Both the position numbers and the translations under genes were made by a program. Below the pieces are notes generated by a model. The model did no database searches. It was given only the letters and a program-made list of their open reading frames with translations, and had not been told where the DNA came from. This document shows positions 25,746-39,677 of a DNA stretch of 64,000 nucleotides, piece after piece (position 1 is the first letter of the stretch; each line of letters begins with the position of its first letter). The DNA comes from Oculina patagonica (lineage: Eukaryota), in contig NC_135770.1 in NCBI RefSeq assembly GCF_052425735.1, forward strand, positions 6,014,001 through 6,078,000, read 5' to 3'.

Positions 25746-28194
25746 GGCCCATCACTTTCGAGATTTTTTTTAAAAATATGATTATACTACGGTAAATCTT
25801 CTTTCAAGACACACTTAGTTCGCAATAAATGAATTAACTCTGCCGGAAGAATGACAAGCCGAATAGGTCGTTTTGCCTGTTTCTAAATTGAAATCCGCTT
25901 GAAGAAAAAAAAAGACAGATAACAATCAACGGCATCTATGGATTATTAATTATTGTTAGCCTCAGTTTTAGATAGTTTCCCATCCATGTTATTAATTTGA
26001 AAATCAATGTAGGAGAAAGTAGACATACCGTATTTCTTTATTTAGTAAAAACCAAGGTTGTCTTTTGGCAAACTGGCCATCTGCTTGGTTAAACTTATTA
26101 TCGATCTCGTAAAAAGACCTTCGAAGCGTGCGTGAGATTTTTCATGCATTGTTGGGCGTCAAAAAGTCATATCAGCGGCTGGATTACAGGAAGCCAGGAG
26201 TCCATGAGGAAAACAGTTAGACTTCTCGCTTTATGTGGGCTTCGGCCGTCGACAAATTTAGACAAAGTAAATTAAGTTCTATCATAATTATAGAAATAAG
26301 GAAACAGTTTCTACCGCTACCTCTGCACTTGTAATTTTTGAGTCTAATGCTTGCGTGCGCTTTGCGCATGCGCATTAGACTCTTTGTTATATGAAAAAAG
26401 CTGTTAGCAATCCCAAGGGAATGGTTCGGGATCGATAATCGTTCGCTGTAATGTAGAAAACAATGATCAGCTGCAAGAACGGACTCCGTACGGACACGCA
26501 CGATTAGTTTCAATTAAAAACAGCCAATCAGCGACACGTGTTCCCACGCATAATTAAAATTTTTTTCTCAAGTCACGATTATTCAACACTTGAACAGGAC
26601 GAAATAATTTTCCAGTTAAGACATTTGTAAGCTTTTTGTGAAAATAAATCTTCGTTTTCAGTTCAGTTAAGCACTTGTGTTTTCGTCTTGCTTAAAAAGC
26701 AAGACGTCTTTGAGAAAAAATATTTCGACGGCGACTCGCGTTTATTTACACAATGCGACCAAATATTTATTTTGTTTTAAAAAATAGAAAACTTTACCTC
26801 GGTTTTTGTATTTAAGTCATTCGAATTTTGACCAATTTTTTCTTTACAGTGCAAACAAAAACCTTCAAAAATAAAAGATGTACATGGATAAATGTAAATC
26901 AAGTTACGCGACTAAATCAAAATGCGTTTGTTTGGCCGCTTTGCAGTATTACACTGTCCCGGCCTTTGCCATACACTGAAATCGAATTTCATGCTTTTAC
27001 GACTCTCAAAGATCTTAAGTTCTTCTTACAGCTAGAAAAATCATAAAATGGTTACACTGATATGGAAGTGATGATTCGCGAAATTTGTACATCATGATAA
27101 ACAGTCTTCGCTCCTGTGTATGGTAGCTCGATAATAATTGCCTAGTTTCCAGCGTTCAAAAGGTCATCATTATATTGACGTGAGCATTTACACCCGTTTT
27201 TAGGAAAATCTGTCACTAAGTGCTTACAGTACAATGGAGTAACAGTCACTATTTCAAGTGCTTTTATTGCAAAATCTGTTTCAAGAGTCATCATCAAAAT
27301 GGTGAAAAATCTGAAAGAAAACGATGTGAAGTTCTTCAACCCTTGTTGTAATGAACATGCTTTTTGTAAATCGTCACGCAATCTTGTCCAAATGTTTAAT
27401 CGTTTCTGCTTTTACGGACAATACGGAAGAAGTAACATCAACTCCTGTTCATACTTTAAATTTTGTGAAGCATATAACATTTATGACTGTTTCGTTTTCA
27501 TCCATAATCATCCACGATGCCCCTAGCTTGCTATAAGCATTTTATTAAAATTAAACTCCCGAACACAAACCTCTAACCAATTTTAACCGGCTTACGAAAA
27601 CCGCGCAATCTGTATCACTATGCCATACGGCATTAGACTCATGTCTCCCTTGGTGACCTATTTTTGTATCTGTGGCTCCTGTTTTGCTTTTTACTTATCT
27701 TACATGCCAATTTTTTTGCTGTTGAGGAAAAATAGGAACAGGAGTCCGCATGACTGGACGGTAGCCTGTTAAGATCGGAGAAAACTGAATTAAATCAATG
27801 TAATAAAATGAATTCTGCCTAGAAAACTTGTTTACAGTCATGCATTAATTTCTGTCATTTAAATTTTAAAGCTCCAAATAAAAGGCGGCATTTTTCGTCT
27901 TCCGAATCTATGGCAGTATAGCTGGCTTCATTTATTTGCAGTGACGTTGTTTCAGTTACAGAAATGTTAGACATAAAAATAACATTTTTCAGTCTTTAAT
28001 ATAAAATATCAGTTATCCATGCCGATCAATATAAATTTCTTTTACGGTTTTACTAAGAGTTTTTTGTACGTCAAGAAAAAAATACCATAATACTCTGCTA
28101 ATGTCATTTTTGCGAGGGGTTTCAACTTCGCTAATTTCGCTAGGGGATATATAGCATTTTTAACATAGTAGACACAATAATATTTTTAGGTAGT

Positions 28195-28352
28195 GCATTT
28201 AAACATTTTAGATTTTAGATTATATATTTTTACATTCTTATAGATTCTATTTTAGTTTTCTTTTATCTGTTATTTTAGTGGAACTCTCTGTAAACCTAGC
28301 TATTCTAAGCTAAGCATGTTTCCCAGGCTTTAAATTAAATAAATAAAATAAA
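28195..28352 (+). mobile_element. LINE 3'UTR remnant
   Basis: T-rich UTR, tgtaaacctagct...agctaagcatgtttcccagg, then an (AAAT)n-like tail. Confidence 0.45.
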
Positions 28353-31300
28353 GTATTGTAAACTTAACACACGAATCTCCAGAAAGAAGAATTACAATTA
28401 TATTGCCTTTTTCTGTAAGGCCTAGTAAAAAGATACATGTAGGGTCATCAATACAGCACGTACACAATTCAGCTGCAACTTTGTCCGGGGCAAAATGTCA
28501 ACCTCGCGAAAACAATATAGATTTTAGGATGGCTAAAGATTTTCTTTAATCTCGCAGGAAACAAATTAAAGTGCAAGAAGCAATTGTTTCCGCGAGTTAC
28601 AAGCTCTAGTTTGCATTATTGAAAGAAGGCGATTGTTACCAGATAATTATTATTGAATGGTTTTAGTTTGGAAGATTCTTTCCGGCTTTTTATAATGCAA
28701 AATAGAGTCATATAAACCTATGTCGGATAACAATGCGCTTCAAAGTTGAAGGAAATAAGAAGATAAGCTATGACAATCTCAGTGAATTAACCATAGTCAC
28801 AAGGCGGGGCACTTTGAAAAGTGGCCGTTCGTAGTTTGAACTTTTACATTTGAATACAGTTCTTTGTTAGCTCAAGACAGAAGACATAGTTAACTGTTTA
28901 TTGCCGTTCGCAAATTTGTGCTGTTGCTTGTAAGTGCTTCTCAAATGTCCCTAAACTTATCAGAAATTTGTTGTGTTTTCATTAAGTAGCAAATAATTTA
29001 ACTTGCCAAGCAACATTTTTTCTTTTATAAGCTAATAATTATCACTCGATGAAAACACAAATTTTAATAAGGCATGAAAATTGTAAGCTCATTTTATTTA
29101 ATCCTTACTTTATCTGCGGTGTTTTCAGCTAGTTTACAGAAATTAGAGCCAATTATTTTGATAAAAAGACGAAATTGATTAGCGAAAACACATTATGAAT
29201 TCACAATTACAGATAAATTATTCACATCCGACATTTTACATCGTACATTTCGAAATATTTTCTTTGCTTTTACTGAAAAAAATGTCAACAACAGCGCTTT
29301 AATTTGCTTTAATGTCAAACTTGGGTAAAACGGTAATTACTTCTGACAGCGCACACTTCAGTTATAAAGGTGCTCTCAATTAACTGCACGCGAAATCGAA
29401 GCTCTAGTTAGATTTGAATCTTTAATTCGCTTGCTGTATCCGACATAAGGAAAAATGTGTCATTACAAATAATTTATTTGTATTTTAACTCGACGAAGGT
29501 AGCAAAAAAATCCCTCTTTCGACTTGGATGAACTAAACCTCCATTTCGCTGGCGGAAATTTTCAAAAGCAACAACACTTAAAAAAAAGCAACAACACTCA
29601 AAGGCATTATCAAAAATGGAGGGACAAAGATTTGAAATGTGAGTATCATTTATAGTGAAAATGCACGCAAATTTAAGTGCTCAGAAGCATGACCAAAATG
29701 AAACAACAAAATACAACCGCAATTTCTATGAAAAGTGTTCTAAAGCGGCTATTATACGCATATTTTTCTGTGTGAAATAGATTCGCCTTTCTCGATACTG
29801 TCGTGTTATTTTCCCTGGCCACGACAAATGGTTTCTGCGTCGATTTCTCTATCTTGAAATTGGGACACAGTGAAATCAAATCTCGATTTTTCGAGCCTCT
29901 ATGGAAAATGATGTATGTGCGTTCAGGCTGCCAATTTGGTTCAGTTTTTCGGGAGGTAGCGATCAGAGATGACGTCTGAAACTCAGGCTAAGCAAAACTG
30001 TCTATTTTATTCAGACGTCTTTCTCGGAAGGAGGCTAATTACAGCTAATCCAACAAAAGCTGTCAGGGTTTTAATTTTAAATTATTATTTTTTAATTCTG
30101 TCGTTCGTCGAGGTTGACATTACTCCAAGTCCAAAACTAAAGGACAAAGTATACAAACGGACAAACCTCACTGGAAAGTTACAAAACTGAAATAAGTGAA
30201 ATTCCCGCTAATCCTCGGTTGCCTTAATCGTACTATGAACAACTGGGCCTTAGGGATTATGATATCTCACTGCTGGTCTGCGAAAAAATTCTTTTTTTTC
30301 AGCGCAATGCAAGCTCGTTGGGCGAAATGCGGTCCTTGAGCTTATAACTCCCAATTCGCGCGTCCACCGTTGGTACTCCGAGTTCGAGGGCAAAACAAGA
30401 GGAAACAGAGACTGCTTTGTACTGTACACAGTGACCGAAAACGTTAGTATCATGATGAGACCATTCAAGCTGTTGAGCAGTTATTTCATGTGGTGCTGTA
30501 CTATTAATGTTTATCTTAGCAAATAATAACAACTAAAACTTCAAATAAAGCAAGATCTAAAACCTTGAAGAGATCCATTTTCTTCGCTCAACTTTATGTC
30601 TAAGGTCTTCATCACAGTATTATCATTGAAAAAGTTTGGTGCAAGGGTTTTCATTCTTGTCTTTCGCTTGCAACATAACTACTAAAAAACTCGTTAATAA
30701 TGAGCGTAAGTAGTTTTAATTTCGCATTTTCAATTGTAGACATAGATCCGAAGTCATCTTTTTCGCCGTATTTACAAGGAAATTGACTCAAATTTGCAAT
30801 GTCGCTAAGACAATGAGCGGCCTTTATTTAAAACTTTTGCTTCTTTAAAGTTCTTTCCGCAAATGATATTTTGAAAGTTTGATGAATTAACTCTGTGCAA
30901 AACGTACTAAATTTATGTTTTTTTCAACGGTGTTAGTTTGAAAAGATGTAATCACACGAATAATTAATAAATCCAAAAGTAGTTTGGCAATTTCAAATTG
31001 CAAAAGGGGGCTTCGATTATTTGACGTCGCTGCAGTTTCTAGGCAACTAAAGCATTGTCCTTCACTGACTCGTTTATTTGCACTAGGATTAAGTCGGTGC
31101 GTTTGTCAATAGAACTATTCGTGGATAGGTTTAGAAAACCAATTAAACCAAAACTTATTATTGATGGCGGTCCATCTTTCACGGATTTATGGTATTCTGA
31201 GCTTTCACGGTATTCTGAGCTTTTTTAGGATACGAATAAATTTGGCTGCCGTGATTGCTTTCATTCAAAGTAATCTCGTCTTTTCAGCCTGCAAAATCCG

Positions 31301-31567
31301 ATTAAAAGTTGTTTTAATTGTTTTGTAACGCACGGCTGTTCTCATTAGCAGCGTCTTAAGAAATGGCTTTACGGGTGTTAACTATTTCATTATGATGAAT
31401 TCTCAAGAGTATTGACGTTTAAACCCCTTAAGGCGTTTCTAAATCAATATTTTCATTAGTTATAATGCGCTCTGTTCAACCTTATTTTGTCTTTTAGGTG
31501 AAAGCAAACACAACATAGCAGAAACTTGAACGATCGACGAGAAGGCGGCGTATGATTGACGGCAAAA

Positions 31568-32755
31568 ATGAGCAACAATTCGACTCAAGTGGCCCCGACG
31601 TCCGTCCCCGCTCCACAAGTTCCTACTCTGCCTCATGGCGAAGTGGAAATAATAGCTTCAACCGTGGTGTACATTTTGCTGGCGTTGTTTGTAATTCTTG
31701 GAAACACTCTTGTGATCGCAGCTTTCAGATTTAATTCAAGACTTCGCACCATCAACAACACTTTCCTGGTAGGCTTGGCCATATCGGACCTCTTGGTAGG
31801 GCTGATATCGATTCCACTCTGGATTTATTTCTCGTCTTGCCAACAGCATTTGACATGCGTCGATAGTCAAGAGCTACTAACGTTTTATTCAACAGTGGAT
31901 ATTTTTACGGGCTGCGCCTCTGTTCTACAGCTTACGGCCATCAGCATCGAGCGGTATCTGGCAATAACTCGCCCGATAAACCATCGATCATACTCAATGT
32001 GGATTTACTACGCCATGATTGCTGCCGCGTGGGGCTTCGCTTTCATCATAGCCGGACTCTTTCCCGTGCAGTTAAACAAGTGGCAGAAACCTTACAGTAT
32101 TATTCTCTTCACGACGTGTTTTGCCCTCCCAGCGCTGGTAATACTAACTGTTTATGCGATCATTTTCCAGACAGCAAAAGGAACTTCGCGAGCGAGGGTC
32201 CATCCTGAAGGAACAGCAAAGAGCCCCGCGCAAAACGAAGCCAAGATCGCCGCCACAATTGCGGTCATTACAGGTCTCTTCGTGATCGCATGGCTTCCGT
32301 TTTTCGTCGTCAATCTGATAGCGCAGTTTTGCTTGCCCTGCTTACCACCCTACCCTGACGTATTGAGACTGATTCGCTTCGTAAAGTGGATGCATTACTC
32401 AAACAGCATGGTTAACCCAATGGTGTATGCTTACCGCAACGGCGAGATGCGGAAAACGTTCAAGCGGCTGCTGCTAATCTGCCTCTGTTGCCGCAGTGGC
32501 GGACATGGCAATTTTCAAACGTCCTACAAGACTGCGCAGGCCGCGAGAACTAGAAACGTTGTCGCGGGGCATTCAAAAAGCAACAGGGATCTTCGCAACG
32601 GCAGCGACATGTCGAGACGGAGAAGTGCACCTGTGAGCAAATCTGTCGAGAACAAAGGGGTCGATACGAGGTCAAGCGCCAAAGACGATTCCTTTCGAAA
32701 TTGCCCGTTTTTAACCCCTCACCACGCGGAGGTACACGCATCAGAAAAACTTTGA
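31568..32755 (+). CDS. GPCR2: class A aminergic-like orphan receptor, 395 aa
   Basis: The ORF track starts at a TTG (31556); the first in-frame ATG is 31568 (aaaaATG, MSNNST). Motifs GN, LAISD, D3.32, ERY, AWLPFF, NPMVY. Acceptor ttttgtcttttag at about 31497. Confidence 0.95.
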   Translation: MSNNSTQVAPTSVPAPQVPTLPHGEVEIIASTVVYILLALFVILGNTLVIAAFRFNSRLRTINNTFLVGLAISDLLVGLISIPLWIYFSSCQQHLTCVDSQELLTFYSTVDIFTGCASVLQLTAISIERYLAITRPINHRSYSMWIYYAMIAAAWGFAFIIAGLFPVQLNKWQKPYSIILFTTCFALPALVILTVYAIIFQTAKGTSRARVHPEGTAKSPAQNEAKIAATIAVITGLFVIAWLPFFVVNLIAQFCLPCLPPYPDVLRLIRFVKWMHYSNSMVNPMVYAYRNGEMRKTFKRLLLICLCCRSGGHGNFQTSYKTAQAARTRNVVAGHSKSNRDLRNGSDMSRRRSAPVSKSVENKGVDTRSSAKDDSFRNCPFLTPHHAEVHASEKL

Positions 32756-33245
32756 TAACTAGCTTTAAGAAAAAGAATCTTATGAGCTATCTTAGCAAAG
32801 TGTTTTTTGGTAAAGCAGTACCTCGGAGCCGTCAACTATTATCGTGAGAAAAAGTTGCTAACCCAACGGTAGAAGTCCCTTATTAGTGTTTAAACGGAGT
32901 ACTTGATGTTAATCAGGAGTACCGTACATATTGTACCTCACTTTTTGCTTTGGTTTGAGGCTGCAATGGAACACCAAAAGATGCCTAAATATAGTCGAAG
33001 GAGTCCTAAAAACTAATAGCTTAATATTTATCAGTAAGGAAGGGAAACACTAAAAAGGTGATAATACACTAATATTGAAGAAGGACGACTAAGAATTGAA
33101 AAGACTTACACCGATTTCGAACGACAGACTTAAAATTTTAGTTTTTTTGCAAAACGTGGCTTCCGTGACGTAGTTCGTCTCATTACAAATGCATTTTGAC
33201 GTGCTAATTGCCTTTAAAACTTAATGTAGTGTTGCTCATTAATTA

Positions 33246-33707
33246 CCGTAATGATTCGATTTAGCGCCCTCCTTCCAATAAGCGCCCCATTCCGAATAAG
33301 CGCCCCCCTTCGAATGTGTTTTTGTAAATAAGCGCCCCTATTCCAATAAGCGCCCCCATTCTTATTAGCGCCCCCATTCTTATAAGCACCCCTATTCTAA
33401 TAAGTGCCCCTATTGTGGATAACTGGCCCTACTGAAGTCACTGATGTCAACTAGATAAACTCCTGACCGTTCACCGTACAGTTCATGTAAATATTTACTG
33501 TTAAAATGAAGAATTATTTTAAAAGTAACTGAACTTTTAACAATTTTTAACTGTTACAGTTCCTGTTATTATAAGATACATTTGGTTGTTTCTCAAAAAA
33601 TTAAATAAGCGCCCTGTCCCGAATAAGCGCCCTATCTCGAATAAGCGCCCTCCCTTGAGTTGCCAAAAGTAAATAAGCGCCCCGGGCGCTAAATTGAATC
33701 ATTACGG
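33246..33707. mobile_element. MITE, Tc1/mariner-type
   Basis: TIRs ccgtaatgattc(g/a)atttagcgccc, TA TSD, about 11 internal aataagcgccc repeats. Confidence 0.9.
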
Positions 33708-34085
33708 TAACTGTTTTAACAAAAATTCATCGAAATGCTTTTGCATTGACGTGTTAATATATAATGAAATTTTCCACCTTCTCACACAAGAGCCGTTAAT
33801 GTCATTATTTCACTTAACATGTGCATTGTACTAGGCATTGATTGAACTCTGTGTTTTGAACATTTTAGCAAGTACAGTGGGTCACTGAGTGGTCCCCTGA
33901 TGTTCAGAGGTGGCCGCTCAGTAGAGATACAGAAATATAAATGATAAACGCAAATATAACATAAGAGAGGCAGTCTCACTTGAAAACAATAATTAAAAGT
34001 GGCTGTTGAGGTAGCTCACAACAATCCAGACCTTCTTGTCTTTGGCATTCTACCATCTCTCCTGGGGAAACACATTAAATGTTCA

Positions 34086-34407
34086 CCGTAAAATTCCGGG
34101 TATAAGCCCCCCCCCGGTTATTGGCCCATCTATCTTAAAAAAAGAATATATCCGGTTATAAGCCCCCCCCCCCGGATATAAGTCCCCCTCTGCCAGCTGA
34201 CAGAACTAAACAGGGGTAAATGTTGCTTTATTATGCTTTTTTTTGTAACTTAAAAAAGTATTTTGATCAACACTCCCGTGGCTCTTTTCGAAACGTTTTT
34301 TATTCCGCTTATAAGCCCTCCCGGATATAAGCCCCTCCGCTTATAAGCCCACACAAAACCCCTTTCGAAGTTTTATAAGCCCAGGGCTTATGACCGGAAT
34401 TTTTCGG
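34086..34407. mobile_element. MITE, Tc1/mariner-type
   Basis: TIRs ccgtaaaattccgggtataagccc / gggcttatgaccggaatttttcgg; internal tataagccc repeats. Confidence 0.8.
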
Positions 34408-36559
34408 TATACGGGAAAGCTTTCCTTCCCCCCCCCCCCCCAGGTCCAAATCCTTACTCCCACACATCAATGATTTTGGCAAAGGGATCGGGAAGGGTAC
34501 CTCTTTCACAAATCTCTTTCACATACCTACAGAAGAAGCGACTGCATGTCTTTTCTATAAAAACTCTAAGCTTTTAACTACAGAAATGATAGTTTTCCCT
34601 ACCCTTTTCTGTACTTTTATTCGTGAAATCCCTAACTATTAATAAATCTCCAACCTAAAGATCTGCCCCCCTTACTCCGTACAGTCCAACGTAGGGAGCA
34701 TTACCGCCCGGGTCTACCACAGCTAGCCCAATAATGCTGGTGAAGAACGATTGGTTAAAACCCGTAAAACATTTGTAACTGAATAGAATCATATGCGAAT
34801 GACATCAAAATTGGTTGCCATGGCGATGTTATAGTTGTCAAATGAACCCTATGTTAGCCTTTTTAGGCAAATAAATTCAAAAATACTTGGCGGAAGTTGT
34901 TGTTTTCGTTTACGACGAAACAGACCTTTTCCAGTTAAAAAAGAAAAATACTATCAAGGGGGCTTAGAACCACTTATTTTTGTCACAAATTTCAGGTGGC
35001 TTCGAACTTCTTTGGCAAAAATCTTAAAAAAATGGACAGAACCGTTTGGTTTTAAATCCGAAAATAAACGTGGAGAAAACGGGACCACATACAAAAAGGC
35101 AAAAAGGAATACCCGAGAAATGTCTCCTTAAATAAAAGATAAAACAAAAGAGAAGCGAAAATGGCTAATTCTCTCGCTTAATGCGTTCTGCAATATCGTC
35201 TCCAGTCACTCTTTTTTATTTGTTTTTTCTCGCTTCACACTTCTTAGACTCGCGCTTCTCTCGCACGACCCACGCTTTTGACGCTTTGCGCCTTACAAGA
35301 AGCGATTTAAGAGAAAAAGAAAAGAAATTTTACAGTTAAGCGTGATTTTTCGATTGATTTTGTGTAATGTATGTGTGAGCAACTCTAAGTTGCTTGGTCC
35401 TCTGGATTCGTAATTTGGCTTTTGATATTTCGGGAATTCAGTTTCGTCTGTCTGGTAAATTGTTAAGGGCAGCCAATGGACGGATTCGGCTAATGTTTGC
35501 ATCCTTGTCGCCACCAAATTCAGATCCTTTGATGATTCATTTGGGAGATTACAACTGTTCTGTGTTTGCATCTAATCCCGTGCACTCAGTTGCCTGTGGC
35601 AAATTGCACAATTATAACTTCCTTCGGATCAGTCTGTCAAATTTTCATAGACGGCAAAAATACAAAAGCGCGCAATGGATCGTGAGAGATCTGTCGCCTC
35701 GGTCGACAAGTATTCCAGCGGTGTTGCCCTTTGTTAACCAGTATACGCTTCCCATACTCCTTTGCGCACGAAACATCGGCAAAATACTGTAGCAACAAGG
35801 ATGACAGGACAACACGTTAGCCTAATCCGTCTATTTTGTCAAGGATGTTTAGCCAGGATGTTTAGCTCGTTCTTTTGAAAACGGGATAAATTAAAAACTT
35901 TTTATTTCCATTTACGCAGATAAAAGCATTACTTTTGTTCCTTTTAAGACATCTCTTTGTCCGGTTTCTTTTTAAAATTAAAAACCGAGTCTGTGAGAGC
36001 AGAACAAATTGCTTTTTAATACCTGTAAGAAGTGAAATGATAAATCTTATTTTGTATAATGATAAACCATTTAGCATGTAGATGATAGCTAACTGGCAGT
36101 TAAATCGTATTTAACGCGAAAGTTATGGGAGTCTATTTGACTTCCGTTGGTAAAGCCTCTGAACTGTTTTTAGAACAAGTCAAGAACACTTCAAATCGGC
36201 AGAAATATTATGGCTCTCTTTAATATTGAAATACTTGTATTGCCTAGCGTCATTTTCCCACAGGCTAATTTAGTAAAACTCTCATGCAGTAAAAAGTGGA
36301 TATCAATATGTATTTGTTTTTTTTTTGTTTTTTTTTCCCTTTTTTTTTGGCGCTATTTTTCGCTATTACTTTTTGCCAATTTTCCGTATTTTTCAGGGGA
36401 ATAATATAGAAAAGTGGCGTCACCCGTTCTTCCGAAATTGGCGTTCAACTAGACTGTTTACAGTTATCATAGCAAATTTTAATTTGGTTAGTACAGATTG
36501 TAGTGTAAGTCTAATAAAACATCTTCTCAAATTTTAAAGCCAGTGAGTTGCTTGAAATA

Positions 36560-36734
36560 CAGTTGAATCCCGATAACTCGAACCCTCAATAACTCGAACC
36601 TCTCGCAAACTAGAACCTTTTTCGATTCCCCTTCAAGTCATTTCTTACTAATTTTGCCCTCGATTACTCGAACACCCGATAACTCGAACCTTTTTCGATT
36701 TCCCTTGAAGGTTCGAGTTATCGGGATTCAACTG
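36560..36734. mobile_element. MITE, pogo/Tigger-type
   Basis: 25-bp perfect TIRs cagttgaatcccgataactcgaacc, TA TSD, internal taactcgaac repeats. Confidence 0.92.
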
Positions 36735-37113
36735 TATAGTAAACTGTCCTTAATATTACTCTTATTTATCGAATTGTAATTCAATAATTCATGATCAGTA
36801 TTGCGATATTCATAAAGACCTTTCAGTACATACAAACGGATTGTTAGAGCCAAAAAGTACTGCGTTTTGTACAAGTAAGAGAGAATGGTTTTGTACTATT
36901 TCAAGGACATGTTTAGCAGTTCTGGCATATTTGTCAACTTAATTTGTAATTGTTGACATTAAAAACATGTTTTTAAAGAACAGCTTTAGTTGTATTGCAT
37001 GCAGTTTAGATTGTTCAAGTTTGATAACATCAATCGTTCAGCAAACTACTTATATATATATCTTTATATAAAAACGTTTAAGATGTCCATTTTGAATGTC
37101 TAACATTAGTTGC

Positions 37114-38052
37114 TTAGATAAAGTCCTCGGCTGGTTGGTTTGGTGAAGATGATCGGTGTCTTTGGTCAGTCTTTCTGATCCCAATCAACTTCAGAACACT
37201 TCTTCTCATTTGTCCATGTCTAAACACATAAACCAACGGATTTACAGCACTGTTTGAGTAATGCATCCACTTTACGAACGCAACTAATATAGCTACACCA
37301 TCCCCTTTTGGCAAACAACTCCCACAGAACTGAGCAAGCATTGAAACGACAAAAAACGGCGACCAGGCGAGTAAAAATAGCCCTGTTACAATACTAACTG
37401 TTACGGCAACTTTTCGTTCTTTGCGCACTCTGTTATCAATGGACTCTGCTGTTTGAATGCTGGGAGTTTTGCGGATGAGTAAGCGGGCTGTTCGAAAGAT
37501 CCTCGCGTACATTATAAACATCAGAAACGCCGGTAACGCGAAGCCGACAGTAAAAACGACAACTGTGTATACAGTTTGAATCGCAGCGGTCAACTTGTTA
37601 ACCTGGGAAAGCGCGGCCATTATCGCTGCAGTCAGCCACGAGGCAATAACCATGTACTTGTAGACACCGAACGACAGTGCACCATAGTCAAAGGGCTTCG
37701 TGATGGCGAAGTATCGCTCAAAAGAGATGGCGGTAAGGTGAAAGATTGAAGCCAAGGCACTGAATATGTCAAGACACAAATAAAGATCGAACAAACCAGG
37801 CGGGGCATTCAGGTAGTTGACAAACGTGAGATAAGTCCATATCGGCACGGACACACCCCCGACCAGTAAATCCGAGACAGCCAGGCTAACGATAAAGATG
37901 TTTGTACGAGTTTGAAGACGTGCATTCGTTCGATACGCCGCTATAACAAGAGAATTTCCCGCGATGATGAGGACAGCTAGTGCCACTGAAAACACCAGCA
38001 AAACGTAAGATTCCGAATGAGAAGGCTTAGGAGGCTGGTTCGTTGTGTTCAT
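37114..38052 (-). CDS. GPCR3: class A aminergic-like orphan receptor, 312 aa
   Basis: GN, LAVSD, D3.32, ERY, AWSPFF, NPLVY; N-terminal NTT sequon. Confidence 0.95.
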   Translation of the reverse strand: MNTTNQPPKPSHSESYVLLVFSVALAVLIIAGNSLVIAAYRTNARLQTRTNIFIVSLAVSDLLVGGVSVPIWTYLTFVNYLNAPPGLFDLYLCLDIFSALASIFHLTAISFERYFAITKPFDYGALSFGVYKYMVIASWLTAAIMAALSQVNKLTAAIQTVYTVVVFTVGFALPAFLMFIMYARIFRTARLLIRKTPSIQTAESIDNRVRKERKVAVTVSIVTGLFLLAWSPFFVVSMLAQFCGSCLPKGDGVAILVAFVKWMHYSNSAVNPLVYVFRHGQMRRSVLKLIGIRKTDQRHRSSSPNQPAEDFI

Positions 38053-39149
38053 CTCGATATGTAATGAAGTTATTCCTCACCAGTTAGTCTTAGCATGTGC
38101 ACACAGTTCCTGCGCCTTGCGCTTTGGTATTTTTTCGTGAATTATCTTCCAAATTTCTTTCGGATTACAGAGCAAATCAGAAACCAGTGAACACTGTAAT
38201 GTTGTTAATTTGGATATGTAAATTTTTGTAGAAAGCTATCAAATGACAGCTCAGACAGCAGGAAATATTTAAACAAACAAACGCGTAGTGACGGAGCCAC
38301 TTGGTTATGTCTTGCAAATAATTTGTCTCAGCTCAGTACTACTTTTTCTTTTCTCTCTTCAATAGTATAACAACACTGTACACGGTAGTCAACGGTTTGT
38401 GCACGATAACACTGAAATTTAAGAAATGTGAAAGGACTTTCCTCACGATTCACTGACGATTAATGTTGTATCTGATATCCGGCGAAATTCGAATCACCCT
38501 CCTACGAGAAAGCAGCGACTAGTAACCCTCTATAATGTGGTTTTTCTTGTTTCGCGAGTCTATTAATTATAACATTGTTATTAACCGTTTGGCGGCTCTG
38601 GCGAAAATGTACTGTTTGCACGAAATGCAAAGATTGAAGATGCTTGAATGAAACACAGGAAATCAACATTGACACTTGTGCCTAATATTTATAATTTCAG
38701 TGCTCGGATTTGTGCTTTTAACTTAATGAATCATGATGTTTTGTTGTGTCTTTTTGCGAAATTTTCGCTTTCAAATCAAAATTTCATGAAAAGTTTGTTT
38801 TACCATGTTTACCTAGGTTTGGTAATGACAAGGAAGAAATGTGGAATCTCATTAAATATGTCTTCGATTCGGATTCACGGCACTCATGATTGCTTTAATC
38901 AAAACTTGCTTATACCGGAACTAGCATGCTCTTTATGTATTTCAATTATAAGCGAGAAAGCAAACGCATGCAAGTGAACAAGGTAAAGCTACCGTCGCAT
39001 TTATCCTTACATGTCTTACATGTGTTTGTTAATGTGGGTGCCATCTGATCGATTAAGATAATCGATTAAGATACCAAAATCATTCTAAGAATTAGAAAAA
39101 TCGCTAAATGAAAATTAAGTAGTCGCCAAATTTTGGGCCAAGTTTCGTA

Positions 39150-39322
39150 ACACCGGTGCCCGCAGTTCTCACGCACAACGCAGAAAGCGCGGGATTTTTC
39201 CTATCAACCCTTTCCAGTTCTCACGCGCACAGCGCTGTCGCACAACGCTGAAAGCGCGGGAATATTTCGTGGCCACCGGTGCCAGCTCTCAAGTATCGTA
39301 GAACGCGGAAAGCACGGAAATG
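39150..39322. repeat. Three degenerate GC-rich tandem units of about 50-65 bp
   Basis: cag(t/c)tctca...aacgc.gaaagc.cgg three times; caccggtgcc twice. Confidence 0.7.
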
Positions 39323-39677
39323 TTTTGCGGCTGAAGTCGAGAGCCGATTTCACATGAAAAGAAGAAACTGTAGTTGAGTATTTTCTTATTGTCGCAAAAA
39401 TGTGAGCTGTAAATTTACCTTTATGCTATTACAATTCCGGGATGTTATTATCCCTAAACGTTCCAGCATAACTTTACATTCAGATGCACTAAAAGCAAGA
39501 AAAAGGTGAAATTTAATGCCAATTTTCACTCCCAGAAAAGCAGATTTTTTACAATAGAAAAAACTAAAAAAGAAGAAGAGAACTTATGTAACCATGCATT
39601 TGCAACGATTTTTGGTGATAATAAGCAATTAAACATCTATACGTATTTCGTATTTAAAACTCCTAAAGGCAGAAAAA

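Noticed and set aside
27050-27540. Possible decayed L1/Tx1 ORF2 C-terminus on the minus strand (AETIKHL)
   Set aside because: Only one short motif amid many stops; cannot be supported without a translated search.
33275-33415. aataagcgcccc repeats with short spacers, superficially CRISPR-like
   Set aside because: Subterminal repeats inside a TIR/TA-flanked MITE; spacers too short, no cas genes, eukaryotic context.
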